NCBI GenBank assembly: GCA_964652645.1
Contig: CAZZCS010000002.1
Span: 402 to 64,401, forward strand
Direction of reading: 5' to 3'
DNA length: 64,000 bases
Source: an uncultured Candidatus Cloacimonadota bacterium
GTDB taxonomy: Bacteria; Cloacimonadota; Cloacimonadia; Cloacimonadales; Cloacimonadaceae
Part shown: positions 37,300 through 45,956 of the stretch, in pieces
How positions within the stretch are numbered: the first letter of the stretch is position 1
How the letters are laid out: each line of letters starts with the position of its first letter
The notes under the pieces: model-generated
Told to the model about the DNA's origin: nothing
The model's input: the letters and a program-made list of their open reading frames with translations, nothing else
The model's database searches: none
Program-made: the position numbers and the translations under genes

Positions 37300-37734
37300 C
37301 TGCTCAAGAAAGAATGTTACCGGTCCATCATTTACGAGGCTGACCTTCATATCTGCGCCAAACACCCCTGTCTGGGTAGGGAACCCGGCCTCGCGAAAGC
37401 AAGCTATCATTTCTTCGTAGAGAGATTTGGCCAGCTCGGGGGGAGCTGCCTGGGTAAAATCTGGCCTGCGGCCTCTGTTGCAATTTGCATAAAGAGTAAA
37501 TTGTGAAACGATCAGGATCTCTGCCTTCAAATCTTTTAGCGAGAGATTCATCTTTCCCTTCTGATCTTCAAAGATGCGCATATCAGGGATTCTTCTGGCC
37601 AGGGCCTGTACCTTGTCGCTGTCATCGTCGCGGCCTACGCCCAGAAAGATCAAGAGTCCTTTTCCGATGGAGCCCACACACATCCCGTCAATATCTACTC
37701 GGGCAGAAAGAACTCTTTGTACTAATGCTCTCAT
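37297..37734 (-). CDS. dtd: D-aminoacyl-tRNA deacylase
   Basis: MRALVQRV...GKGLLIFLGV...SQFTLYA...G.RP.F are Dtd hallmarks. Confidence 0.93.
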   Translation of the reverse strand: MRALVQRVLSARVDIDGMCVGSIGKGLLIFLGVGRDDDSDKVQALARRIPDMRIFEDQKGKMNLSLKDLKAEILIVSQFTLYANCNRGRRPDFTQAAPPELAKSLYEEMIACFREAGFPTQTGVFGADMKVSLVNDGPVTFFLEQ

Positions 37735-37757
37735 AACTGGCTTGAGCCAGACCTCAT

Positions 37758-38357
37758 CTAGTTTGTAAAGCGATGTACTTCAAAACAGGCGATATCATCG
37801 ATCCAGATAGTGTCTTCTCCAGTAGGGGGGATCAGGATAATAATCCTGCCAAAGTAAACATCTGGCTTGAGAAATCCTGCGCTTATGGTATGTTTGGACC
37901 ACTCTTTTCCGGTTTTCATGCGGGTGTTGAACGTATTGCGGATTGTGCCAGATTCGTTATAGGCCAAAAAGCGGAGACGCAATTGAGGCCCCTCCTCAGA
38001 ATCACTTTTTGCCGAGGCTCTGGCGAAGAAGCCACCATATCTGTCGATGCGAAAAGATTCTGATACCAGCATCAGAAACTTGTCTGATTTGGAAATCTTT
38101 AAAGACCTGCTGCCTGTGAGGAAATCCACTTCATCAAAGCAGGCCCCTTCGGGCTTTTCCTGGCTGGCACCCATCAAGATCCAGCCTTCCGGCATGAAAG
38201 AGTTTTCATCTGCATTACTGTCAAACCAGGGATTAAGCAGCAAGTTTGGCTTGCCAAGCGTGTCCTTTTCCAAAAACAGAATAGTAGAGCCCATAAAGCA
38301 GGAACTGATAAGCAACAAAGCAATAGCAGCGCTAAGAAGTAGTGCTCTTTTCATCAT
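37758..38357 (-). CDS. hypothetical lipoprotein (jelly-roll/CBM-like)
   Basis: Lipobox-like LLISSC. No catalytic motif. ATGA overlap with the rodA stop. Confidence 0.5.
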   Translation of the reverse strand: MMKRALLLSAAIALLLISSCFMGSTILFLEKDTLGKPNLLLNPWFDSNADENSFMPEGWILMGASQEKPEGACFDEVDFLTGSRSLKISKSDKFLMLVSESFRIDRYGGFFARASAKSDSEEGPQLRLRFLAYNESGTIRNTFNTRMKTGKEWSKHTISAGFLKPDVYFGRIIILIPPTGEDTIWIDDIACFEVHRFTN

Positions 38358-39571
38358 TTCATAAATCCTCTTTCATTCAAGTACTTCATAACAACACCGA
38401 CGGCTAGAGCATTGATCAATAGATTCGAGCCACCATAACTGATAAAAGGTAATGGAATACCCGTGGCAGGCACCAGACCAATGTTCATACCTATATTTAT
38501 AAACGTCTGAAACATCAAATACGCCGTGATCCCGGCAGCAGCAATTCTCCGATCCCGAACCTTCAAATCTGTAATGGCCTTGGTCATTCTCCAGAAGAAT
38601 ATGAAGAACAACAGGAGAACAAAAGCAGCACCCAAAAAGCCAAACTCTTCTCCGATAACCGAGAAGATGAAATCCGTGTGATGCTCCGGCAGAAAGTTCA
38701 TGTTCTTCTGGGTTCCTTCCAGCCAGCCTTTGCCAACTGTCGATCCGGATCCCACAGCAATCTTGGCCTGTATTATCTGGTAGCCGGCACCCAGAGGATC
38801 CCGCATGGGATCGATAAAGGTAAGTATCCTGTTCTGCTGATAGTCCTTTAGACTGTTCCAAAACACCGGCATTATCAAAGCTGAAAATAGGTTTATTATA
38901 CTCGATACTGTAATAGTAACCCACGAAAGGTGACTGCGCATCAAGATAAACACCATAATAATCAACCAGGCGATCAGAATATACCAATGCACCGATAACA
39001 CTATGCTGACGATCGGGCTGACAATCAGCAAAATATAGAACAAAGGCAGGCCTGAAGCGATCAACATTGCCAACAGGCTGAACCAGAAGACCATGGTCGT
39101 CCCAAAATCTGGCTCTATCAGGATCAATGATACCGGCAATATTACAATGGCCGCACCATAGAGAATCCTTTTGATCTCTCCCAGATGATCTTTTGCAATG
39201 ATTCTGGACACCATCAGAATTGTCAATAGTTTTGCGCTCTCTGAGGGCTGATAGCTAATGCCCATAAACCGAAACCACCTGTGGGAACCGCCGATAGCTG
39301 GCGTGAACAACACCAATACCAGGGCAATCAAGTTTATTACAAATAGCGGCAGAATGACCAGATCAAAGATTGGCATGGGAAGCCTCAGGAGCACATATAG
39401 CAGTATAACAACCAGCGCGGCAAAGATGAGCTGTCTCCACCAGTAATCCAGGGTAGTGCTGGTCTCGCCGATCTTGCTCGTAGAGGCGGAGTAGATAGCG
39501 ATACAACCAGTGAAAATAAGGACTATCAAGAGGACAAACAGGGCAAAGTCAAACTTCTTGCGGTTAATCAT
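38354..39571 (-). CDS. rodA: SEDS-family peptidoglycan polymerase RodA
   Basis: 10-TM FtsW/RodA/SpoVE pattern (QPSE.AK, PE.HTDFIF, LPFISYGGS). Sits downstream of mrdA. Confidence 0.92.
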   Translation of the reverse strand: MINRKKFDFALFVLLIVLIFTGCIAIYSASTSKIGETSTTLDYWWRQLIFAALVVILLYVLLRLPMPIFDLVILPLFVINLIALVLVLFTPAIGGSHRWFRFMGISYQPSESAKLLTILMVSRIIAKDHLGEIKRILYGAAIVILPVSLILIEPDFGTTMVFWFSLLAMLIASGLPLFYILLIVSPIVSIVLSVHWYILIAWLIIMVFILMRSHLSWVTITVSSIINLFSALIMPVFWNSLKDYQQNRILTFIDPMRDPLGAGYQIIQAKIAVGSGSTVGKGWLEGTQKNMNFLPEHHTDFIFSVIGEEFGFLGAAFVLLLFFIFFWRMTKAITDLKVRDRRIAAAGITAYLMFQTFINIGMNIGLVPATGIPLPFISYGGSNLLINALAVGVVMKYLNERGFMK

Positions 39572-41453
39572 TTACATTTCCTGCTTCTGGAATGGCGTCT
39601 GATAATGGAGGAGCGCCGCCATTATCTGGATCTGGCTCCAAGGTCTGGAGTTCTTCCACGTTTCGCAATTGGATCGGGATCGGGACGGGTCTGGTGAGCG
39701 TTTCAATATTCCCAGCGTAGTAATTCAGGATCTTTCCAGCAACAGGGGCAGCAACGCCTCCACCACCTCCGGCGTTCTCCAGAAACACAGTAATGGCGAT
39801 CTCCGGCTTTTCTTTTACCAGGTAGGCAGCAAACCAGGCATGAGTCGTCCTTCCCATAGAGTTTTCAGCAGAGCCGGTCTTTCCATAAACAGTTGCTCCA
39901 CTAACCTTTATATGATTTGCCGTGCCACCAGGAGTGTTGGATACGGCATAGAGTCCATCCTGAATGATCTTTAGATTTGAGATGCTGATGGGCAGTTTCT
40001 TTTTATCGATTCCAGCAACCTGTTCTTTGGAGAGTCTGCCTCTGCCCACGGTAGATTTTAGCAGGTGCGGCTGCACCCAGATGCCATCGTTGGCCAGGGC
40101 TGCATAATAGGCACAGATCTGAAGGGGAGTACAGAGGATCTCTCCCTGCCCAATAGCGAGATTCACCTTGTGACCCAGGACGCTGATTCTCTGTCCAAAA
40201 GCTCTTTTATACCAATCCAGATAAGGGAAAAAACCGTTTCTCTCATTGGGAAGATCGATCCCAGTCCTGGTGCACAGCATGCTGCTCAGAGTATAGTTCC
40301 GAAACTGATCGAGATCCAGCTTCATGGACAGGTCATAAAAATATACATCGCAGGAAACCTTCAAAGCTTCCACGATATTGGTGATGCCGTGTCCGGAGTG
40401 TAACCAGCACTTGAAAAACCGGTTACCAACCTGCAATCCGCCCCGGCAATAGGAGAAGGTAGTGTTGCGATTGATCACTCCCTTTTGCAGGCCAAGGCTA
40501 CCAGTGATTGTCTTGAACACAGATCCAGGCGGATAAGCAGCATGTATTACCCTGTCTAGCATGGGTTTACTGGGGCTGTTCAGCTCCTCCCATACGTCTG
40601 GACTGATGCGGGTCATGAAGATATTGGGGTCGTATTGGGGACGGCTGACGTAAGCTAGAATAGCTCCAGTCTTCACGTCTATTACGACGATAGCGCCTCT
40701 TGTCCCCGCTGGAAAAGCTTGCTCTGCGAAATCCTGAATATCATTATCGATGGTCAGGATCATCCCCAAGCCATTGACGGGAGGGATATTCCCATCGGTT
40801 CGAAAGAGATTGAGGCTTCTGCCATAGGCATCGACCTGAACGATCTCACGTCCGTCCTGACCCCTGAGAAGCACTTCGTAGTAATACTCCAGGCCAGTCT
40901 TCCCGATATGGCTGTTGATGGAATAATCTTCATTTTTATAGGTGTCGTATTCCTTTTCGTTGATCCGTCCCACATATCCGGTAAAGTGATTTGGATAGTG
41001 GTAGTGTCTGGTGGTTCCGATCCGGAAATTGAGCTCTGGGTAATAATTTAACTCTTCGGAGAGACGGAGGACCGTTTCATAATCAACGTTTTCAGCAATC
41101 AGGATTTCTTCGTAGGTACGAAATCTATTCTGACGAACTATCTTGCGCAGATCCTCCGGTTCCAGATCGAAGCTTTCTTGCAGAAAGGTCTCCAGTTTCT
41201 GGATATCTTCGATCTTTCCGCTTTCGAGGTAGAGGTTGTGGGATGCGATGTTCGAGACGATTGGCCGATACTTATGATCGTAAATCTCCCCCCGGGTAGC
41301 GGGAACCCTACGGATCCGAACGTAGTTTCTCTGGGCAATTGTCTTGTAATGTTCTCCTTCTATCACCTGCAAGCGAAATAGGGCCAGCAGCAACACCACA
41401 AACAAGACTGAGAGAGTAATGCGGAATACGAGGGTAGGGGAAGCGCTATTCAT
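39564..41453 (-). CDS. mrdA: penicillin-binding protein 2
   Basis: Transpeptidase motifs SVFK (SxxK) and KTGS/KTG, plus the PBP dimerisation domain. In the mre/mrd operon context. Confidence 0.92.
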   Translation of the reverse strand: MNSASPTLVFRITLSVLFVVLLLALFRLQVIEGEHYKTIAQRNYVRIRRVPATRGEIYDHKYRPIVSNIASHNLYLESGKIEDIQKLETFLQESFDLEPEDLRKIVRQNRFRTYEEILIAENVDYETVLRLSEELNYYPELNFRIGTTRHYHYPNHFTGYVGRINEKEYDTYKNEDYSINSHIGKTGLEYYYEVLLRGQDGREIVQVDAYGRSLNLFRTDGNIPPVNGLGMILTIDNDIQDFAEQAFPAGTRGAIVVIDVKTGAILAYVSRPQYDPNIFMTRISPDVWEELNSPSKPMLDRVIHAAYPPGSVFKTITGSLGLQKGVINRNTTFSYCRGGLQVGNRFFKCWLHSGHGITNIVEALKVSCDVYFYDLSMKLDLDQFRNYTLSSMLCTRTGIDLPNERNGFFPYLDWYKRAFGQRISVLGHKVNLAIGQGEILCTPLQICAYYAALANDGIWVQPHLLKSTVGRGRLSKEQVAGIDKKKLPISISNLKIIQDGLYAVSNTPGGTANHIKVSGATVYGKTGSAENSMGRTTHAWFAAYLVKEKPEIAITVFLENAGGGGGVAAPVAGKILNYYAGNIETLTRPVPIPIQLRNVEELQTLEPDPDNGGAPPLSDAIPEAGNVND

Positions 41454-41940
41454 GAACCGCGATGATCCTCAATTTGGATAGGAAAATCATCAGCCAAAAG
41501 ATAGCTAAACTGCTGGTCAGATTGTATATGAAGCCCCACAGCGATCGCGTGAGAAGGGTGCCATCAAAGCCGTTTTGCAAGCCAAAGGCCAGATACAACA
41601 TGGAAGCGTAGAGCATATTAACGACGCCCAGGGTAATCATCCGGGCCACCACGCTCTGCTCTTCAAAGGGGATCCGGATCAGATCTATCACTATGGCCAG
41701 GAGCATAAACACGAGACTCTGCAAGCCAAACAGGGGAGGATAGCTCACATCGTAGAGAATGCCGATGAAAAAGCTGGTGCTGATAGCCATAACCCAGGGC
41801 TTTTTCCAGATCGTATAGATCATCCAGGGCAGGATTACATTGGGGATTACGCCCCAGATGCTCAGCATGGGCATTACCCAGATCTGAGCATACAGAAAAA
41901 AGAGTCCCTGGCAGATTGTCCAAATGTATTTACCAGTCAC
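41446..41940 (-). CDS. mreD: rod shape-determining protein MreD
   Basis: 164-aa protein with 5 TM helices, positioned between the mreC region and mrdA. Confidence 0.78.
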   Translation of the reverse strand: MTGKYIWTICQGLFFLYAQIWVMPMLSIWGVIPNVILPWMIYTIWKKPWVMAISTSFFIGILYDVSYPPLFGLQSLVFMLLAIVIDLIRIPFEEQSVVARMITLGVVNMLYASMLYLAFGLQNGFDGTLLTRSLWGFIYNLTSSLAIFWLMIFLSKLRIIAVHE

Positions 41941-41944
41941 GATC

Positions 41945-42628
41945 CTAGCCTATTCTTCTCACGATGCAAAGAGGAGTCAGCTCATCTGCCTGGCCTTGGG
42001 GATTATCTTTCATTACAGCTTCCATAAAAGTCTTATCCAAACCTTTGCTGCCGCCAATCATCCAGGAACCTCCAATATCGTTTATATCCATGACAGCAAC
42101 GTGATAGCCAAACTCGTCGAAGAGAGCCTGCGCCTCTCGCTCTGGATGGAGGGGTCCCTTGATTACGGTTTCGTGATAGGGAGGCACTGGAGAGGTTCCG
42201 CAAGCATCGACCAGGGCCGCTTGCATGCCGGCAATCCGGTAAAAATCACCCTTTCTGCCTACCAGTTTTCCCAGGGCTCCGATCAAGGCTGCAAAAAGAA
42301 TCCTGACTGCCCCCGTTTCGTCGATGGCGCATTGCATGCTGGCTGGGGCACGTAAACCGATGCCATAGGGAACCTTGGCTACAAACCGCCAGAGGATCCT
42401 GGCCAAAAGACCTATCTTGAGGTCTTTGACTGGAATCGCCCGTCCCTGCGTAATCGCCAGAGGGCTTTCACTTATCGTAACTATATCTCCTGTTTGAAGA
42501 TAGGGGAGAGCATACGTACGGAATACGTCCGAAATATTGTCCTCGGCCGTGAGGATCTTTGTCTTGAGAGGGATGCGTTCAAAGCTTACATTGTGAATCT
42601 TGATAATGGGGTCTTTACTTTTACTCAT
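41945..42628 (-). CDS. CofE-like (F420-0:gamma-glutamyl ligase family) protein
   Basis: GDIVTISESPLAITQGR, VMDINDIGG and NPQGQADELTPLCIVR parallel the CofE motifs GD.vv..S...sk.eGR, ..DtnGR and ...g..giP.vivR as I recall them. 8-nt overlap with mreC, and 4 nt before mreD. Confidence 0.55.
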   Translation of the reverse strand: MSKSKDPIIKIHNVSFERIPLKTKILTAEDNISDVFRTYALPYLQTGDIVTISESPLAITQGRAIPVKDLKIGLLARILWRFVAKVPYGIGLRAPASMQCAIDETGAVRILFAALIGALGKLVGRKGDFYRIAGMQAALVDACGTSPVPPYHETVIKGPLHPEREAQALFDEFGYHVAVMDINDIGGSWMIGGSKGLDKTFMEAVMKDNPQGQADELTPLCIVRRIG

Positions 42629-43388
42629 GGTTGTGCCTTTGCCTGATTATAAATACATGTTCGAGGTTTTCTATCAAAGTGAACGGTGCCACTTCTGCAC
42701 TGATAAAGAGGTTGTCTTGAGATTCCTTGATCCTGCGGACAGTCCCGACAGGGTAGCCCTTGGGGAAAAGGCGGGATAGATTTGAGGTCACAATTGTGTC
42801 TCCCACAGCGATTTCAGAGCCCAGCCGGATCATATTCATTGAGACTTTTCCGCCAATATCGGCCTGCAAAATCCCTTGTACACTGCTGTGCCGATTCATC
42901 ACCGGGAGCTGAAAGCGAGGATTGGAAAAGGGTAGGACTATGCTGTAGAGCTCTGAAGTCTGGATCACTTTACCCACAATCCCTGATGCCGAAATCACGG
43001 GATTATCCTGCTCTATATGGAAGTTTCTGCCTCTATTGACTATAAGATTTCGCTCGTGAAACTGGCCCGAATAGCCTATTACTTCTGCGATCTCAAAATC
43101 TGAATAATCCGTCTCGAGATCGATAGCAGTGGTGTTATAAAGAGAACGAAGAGTATTCTGCAGGGAGAGGTTTTTCAGTGTCTGATCCACGACTTTGAGC
43201 TGGAGATCGTGCACCATCCTTCGCAGCTGGGCATTGGACTCCGCCCATCGCAGCGATTGGGTAAAAGGATAGAAAACCGTTCTGCCAAACCACTGGGATT
43301 TATTGGTTCGATCCTGATCGTTCCCGAGCATCAACAAGGCAGAGATCAATAATAAAGCCGCTGGCAGGATGAATCTCTTATACTGCAT
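42621..43388 (-). CDS. mreC: rod shape-determining protein MreC
   Basis: N-terminal TM helix, a coiled coil, and C-terminal beta domains (...GIVGKV...SGLFPKGYPVG-like: LSRLFPKGYPVGTV). Confidence 0.88.
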   Translation of the reverse strand: MQYKRFILPAALLLISALLMLGNDQDRTNKSQWFGRTVFYPFTQSLRWAESNAQLRRMVHDLQLKVVDQTLKNLSLQNTLRSLYNTTAIDLETDYSDFEIAEVIGYSGQFHERNLIVNRGRNFHIEQDNPVISASGIVGKVIQTSELYSIVLPFSNPRFQLPVMNRHSSVQGILQADIGGKVSMNMIRLGSEIAVGDTIVTSNLSRLFPKGYPVGTVRRIKESQDNLFISAEVAPFTLIENLEHVFIIRQRHNHE

Positions 43389-43424
43389 TATCTTCCTTTT
43401 GAAAAGGGGTTATGATCCAGGGGG

Positions 43425-44462
43425 TCAGTCTTCTATGCGTTTAATCAATACTTCGCGGTACCTCTCCACATCATCCAAAACCATGCCGGCTCCCTTCACC
43501 ACACATTCCAATGGGTCTGGAACCACATGTACTGGCAAATCAACCGTTTTACGAATCTTCTCATCCAATCCCTTGAGGAGAGCACCACCGCCGGTAAGGA
43601 AGATTCCTCGCTCGGCAATGTCTGCAGAGAGTTCTGGAGCAGTGCGCTCAAACAGGCGTTTGATTGCATCTATCATGGTGCTGACAGTCTCGGTGATGGC
43701 CTCCCGGATCTCTTCAGAACTAATCTTGATCGTAACGGGATAACCGGAAACTATGTCCCTGCCCCTTACGTCCATGGAGAGCTCCTGTTTGAGAGGATAG
43801 GCAGAGCCGATCTGCATCTTTATCTTTTCGGCAGTTTGAATACCGACGTGTAAGTTGTTCTTCTTGCGCAGGTAACTGATGATATCCAGATCGAGCTTGT
43901 CTCCTCCAACCCGGATGGAATTGTGTACCACGATATGTGAAAGCGAGATCACAGCAATCTCACTGGTGCCCCCACCGATGTCCATGACCATGTTACCGAA
44001 AGCCTGATCTATGGGCAGATCTGCTCCAATGGCTGCAGCCACAGGCTCGGAGATTAGATAGACCTCCCGTGCTCCCGCGTGAAGAGCGCTGTCTCGAACG
44101 GCCCTCTTCTCCACCTCAGTGATCCCGGAAGGGACGCAAACGATCACTCTGGGGCGTACAAGAAGACGCTTCTTCTGCGCTCTCAAGATCAGATTGCGCA
44201 GCATTAGCTCTGTCACTTGAAAATCTGCTATCACCCCATCTTTGAGGGGTTTGATGACTCTTACTTCATCTGGATTCTTGCCCAGCATTACCTTTGCCTG
44301 TGAACCTATGGCAATAATCTTTTTACTATCCGTAGAGACTGCTACCACAGAAGGCTCGTCAATTACAATCCCCCCATTCTTTTTGTAAACGAGGGTGTTC
44401 GCGGTTCCCAAATCAATCGCAATATCATTTGCCATTAAACCGAAGAAATCGAATATGGACAT
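43425..44462 (-). CDS. mreB: rod shape-determining protein MreB
   Basis: DLGTANTLVY, EPVAAAIGA, DIGGGTSE and LTGGGALL are actin-fold motifs. Confidence 0.96.
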   Translation of the reverse strand: MSIFDFFGLMANDIAIDLGTANTLVYKKNGGIVIDEPSVVAVSTDSKKIIAIGSQAKVMLGKNPDEVRVIKPLKDGVIADFQVTELMLRNLILRAQKKRLLVRPRVIVCVPSGITEVEKRAVRDSALHAGAREVYLISEPVAAAIGADLPIDQAFGNMVMDIGGGTSEIAVISLSHIVVHNSIRVGGDKLDLDIISYLRKKNNLHVGIQTAEKIKMQIGSAYPLKQELSMDVRGRDIVSGYPVTIKISSEEIREAITETVSTMIDAIKRLFERTAPELSADIAERGIFLTGGGALLKGLDEKIRKTVDLPVHVVPDPLECVVKGAGMVLDDVERYREVLIKRIED

Positions 44463-44646
44463 TTAAAACCTCTCTATATATAGGAAAACAAATAATTTAA
44501 GACACGACCGGGCTATTCTACCCATAATTTCACAAGCAAATGAAAAGCTAAGTGAATGTCAAGAAAAAAAGATGGCTAAATACTGGTTTTTTGTAGAAGT
44601 TGCTCCAAATCCCCCGCCAGGGTTTGATTTGGCGATGTTTTTGGGC

Positions 44647-44719
44647 AAAAAAATACCGTGGGGAACACCGGGCGGTGTCCCCACGACTCGGAGGGCATTC
44701 TATGTAGGGTCTGTAGGCT
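44647..44719 (-). ncRNA. candidate small RNA (orphan promoter plus intrinsic terminator)
   Basis: On the minus strand: TTGACA (44754-44749), 17 nt, GATTAT (44731-44726). About 70 nt further on is the hairpin GTGGGGACACC-gccc-GGTGTTCCCCAC (44684-44658), followed by GGTATTTTTTT. No CDS upstream on this strand needs terminating. An unpaired CCCTCC lies before the hairpin. Confidence 0.3.
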
Positions 44720-44998
44720 GAAGACATAATCCGAGGATATCGAAAATCTGTCAAGAAAGAAATCACGATCTTACAAAAAAAACCGATAATTTATGTTTTC
44801 CAGTCCGATCCATAGTCAAAAAAAAGGGCATATTAACACCCAATAGCGTGCTGAGTCAGAGCCAGATGATACGGACGTGAGGCCTATTTCAAACTCTTTA
44901 GTGCACAATGCCAGCTAAAAAAATCTGAATCCACAAAAGAATTGACAAAAATAGACAAATCTGCATCCTTGAAAAAATTCAGTGATAGGAGCTGCACG

Positions 44999-45892
44999 AT
45001 GGATATGAAGACTTTTGGCTATCTCTACTACAAAACGAGAGGATACGACAAAGCAGAAATAATCAAACAAGCAGAAATAACCGGAGAGGAGTATGATTTC
45101 TTCGAGCAAAACTTGAGCTTGCTCCTGCAGGAGATCGAAGCCAAACGTCCTCAGGCTGAAGGGATTGGAAACGAATTTATCCACCTCACCCGCTACATAT
45201 ACGATCGCAGCAGCGACCAGGAAACCGGGGTTTATCGTCCCGATGCAGTAAAGGCCAGAAGCGGAGAACTAGTGTCCCTACCCGCTGTCGGGACTCTCAA
45301 GATGCCATCCATCGCGCTTCATCAGGCGATCGAACAGCGCCGCTCCCTGAGGGCTTACTCCGATACTCCGCTTAGTCTGGAAGAGCTGTCCTTCCTGCTT
45401 TGGGCTTCGAACTGGGCACGAGACTTCAGATCGAACGAACGCATTGAGATCACTCTACGCAACGTCCCCTCAGCCGGGGCAAGGCATCCCTTCGAAACTT
45501 ATCTTTATATCAGCAGAGTCGCAGGGCTAAAGCCAGGGCTCTATTACTACCACCCCATAAAACACTGTCTGGCCTTGATCTCCGATCGGGAAGACATCTC
45601 CGAGAAAGTCTTCGAGGGCTGCTTCCGACAGGAAATGGTGCACAAAGCAGCAGTAACTTTTATCTGGACCGCGGTTCCATACAGAACTAGCTGGCGCTAT
45701 GGCCAAAGAGGATACCGCTATCTCTATCTGGATGCCGGCCACGTAGGACAAAATCTCCATCTTGCCGCTGAAGCTATCGGCGGAGGAGCCTGCATGATTG
45801 GGGCATACCTGGATGAGCTTATGAATGAAACGCTGGAAGTAGATGGCACAAATGAATTTGTGATCTACATCGCAGCAGTAGGCAAGAAGTAA
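44999..45892 (+). CDS. SagB/ThcOx-type nitroreductase-family dehydrogenase
   Basis: IEQRRSLRAY...LS.EELS.LLWA...R..PSAGARHP.E.Y......GL.PG.Y.Y is the SagB-type pattern. Start set at the ATG at 44999 (AGGAG 7 nt upstream); the track ORF starts at 44942. Confidence 0.72.
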   Translation: MDMKTFGYLYYKTRGYDKAEIIKQAEITGEEYDFFEQNLSLLLQEIEAKRPQAEGIGNEFIHLTRYIYDRSSDQETGVYRPDAVKARSGELVSLPAVGTLKMPSIALHQAIEQRRSLRAYSDTPLSLEELSFLLWASNWARDFRSNERIEITLRNVPSAGARHPFETYLYISRVAGLKPGLYYYHPIKHCLALISDREDISEKVFEGCFRQEMVHKAAVTFIWTAVPYRTSWRYGQRGYRYLYLDAGHVGQNLHLAAEAIGGGACMIGAYLDELMNETLEVDGTNEFVIYIAAVGKK

Positions 45893-45956
45893 AACAAGAC
45901 TGCCGGGAGAATAGAAGCATCCTGCTGGCAAGACATTACTACGAGAGGAGACCATC

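Noticed and set aside
44548-44766. 72-aa minus-strand ORF in the gap upstream of mreB.
   Set aside because: It has no RBS and an implausible composition (Arg-, Pro-, Phe- and Tyr-rich). It spans a promoter-like element and a strong intrinsic terminator. The region is better explained as a small non-coding transcript and regulatory DNA.
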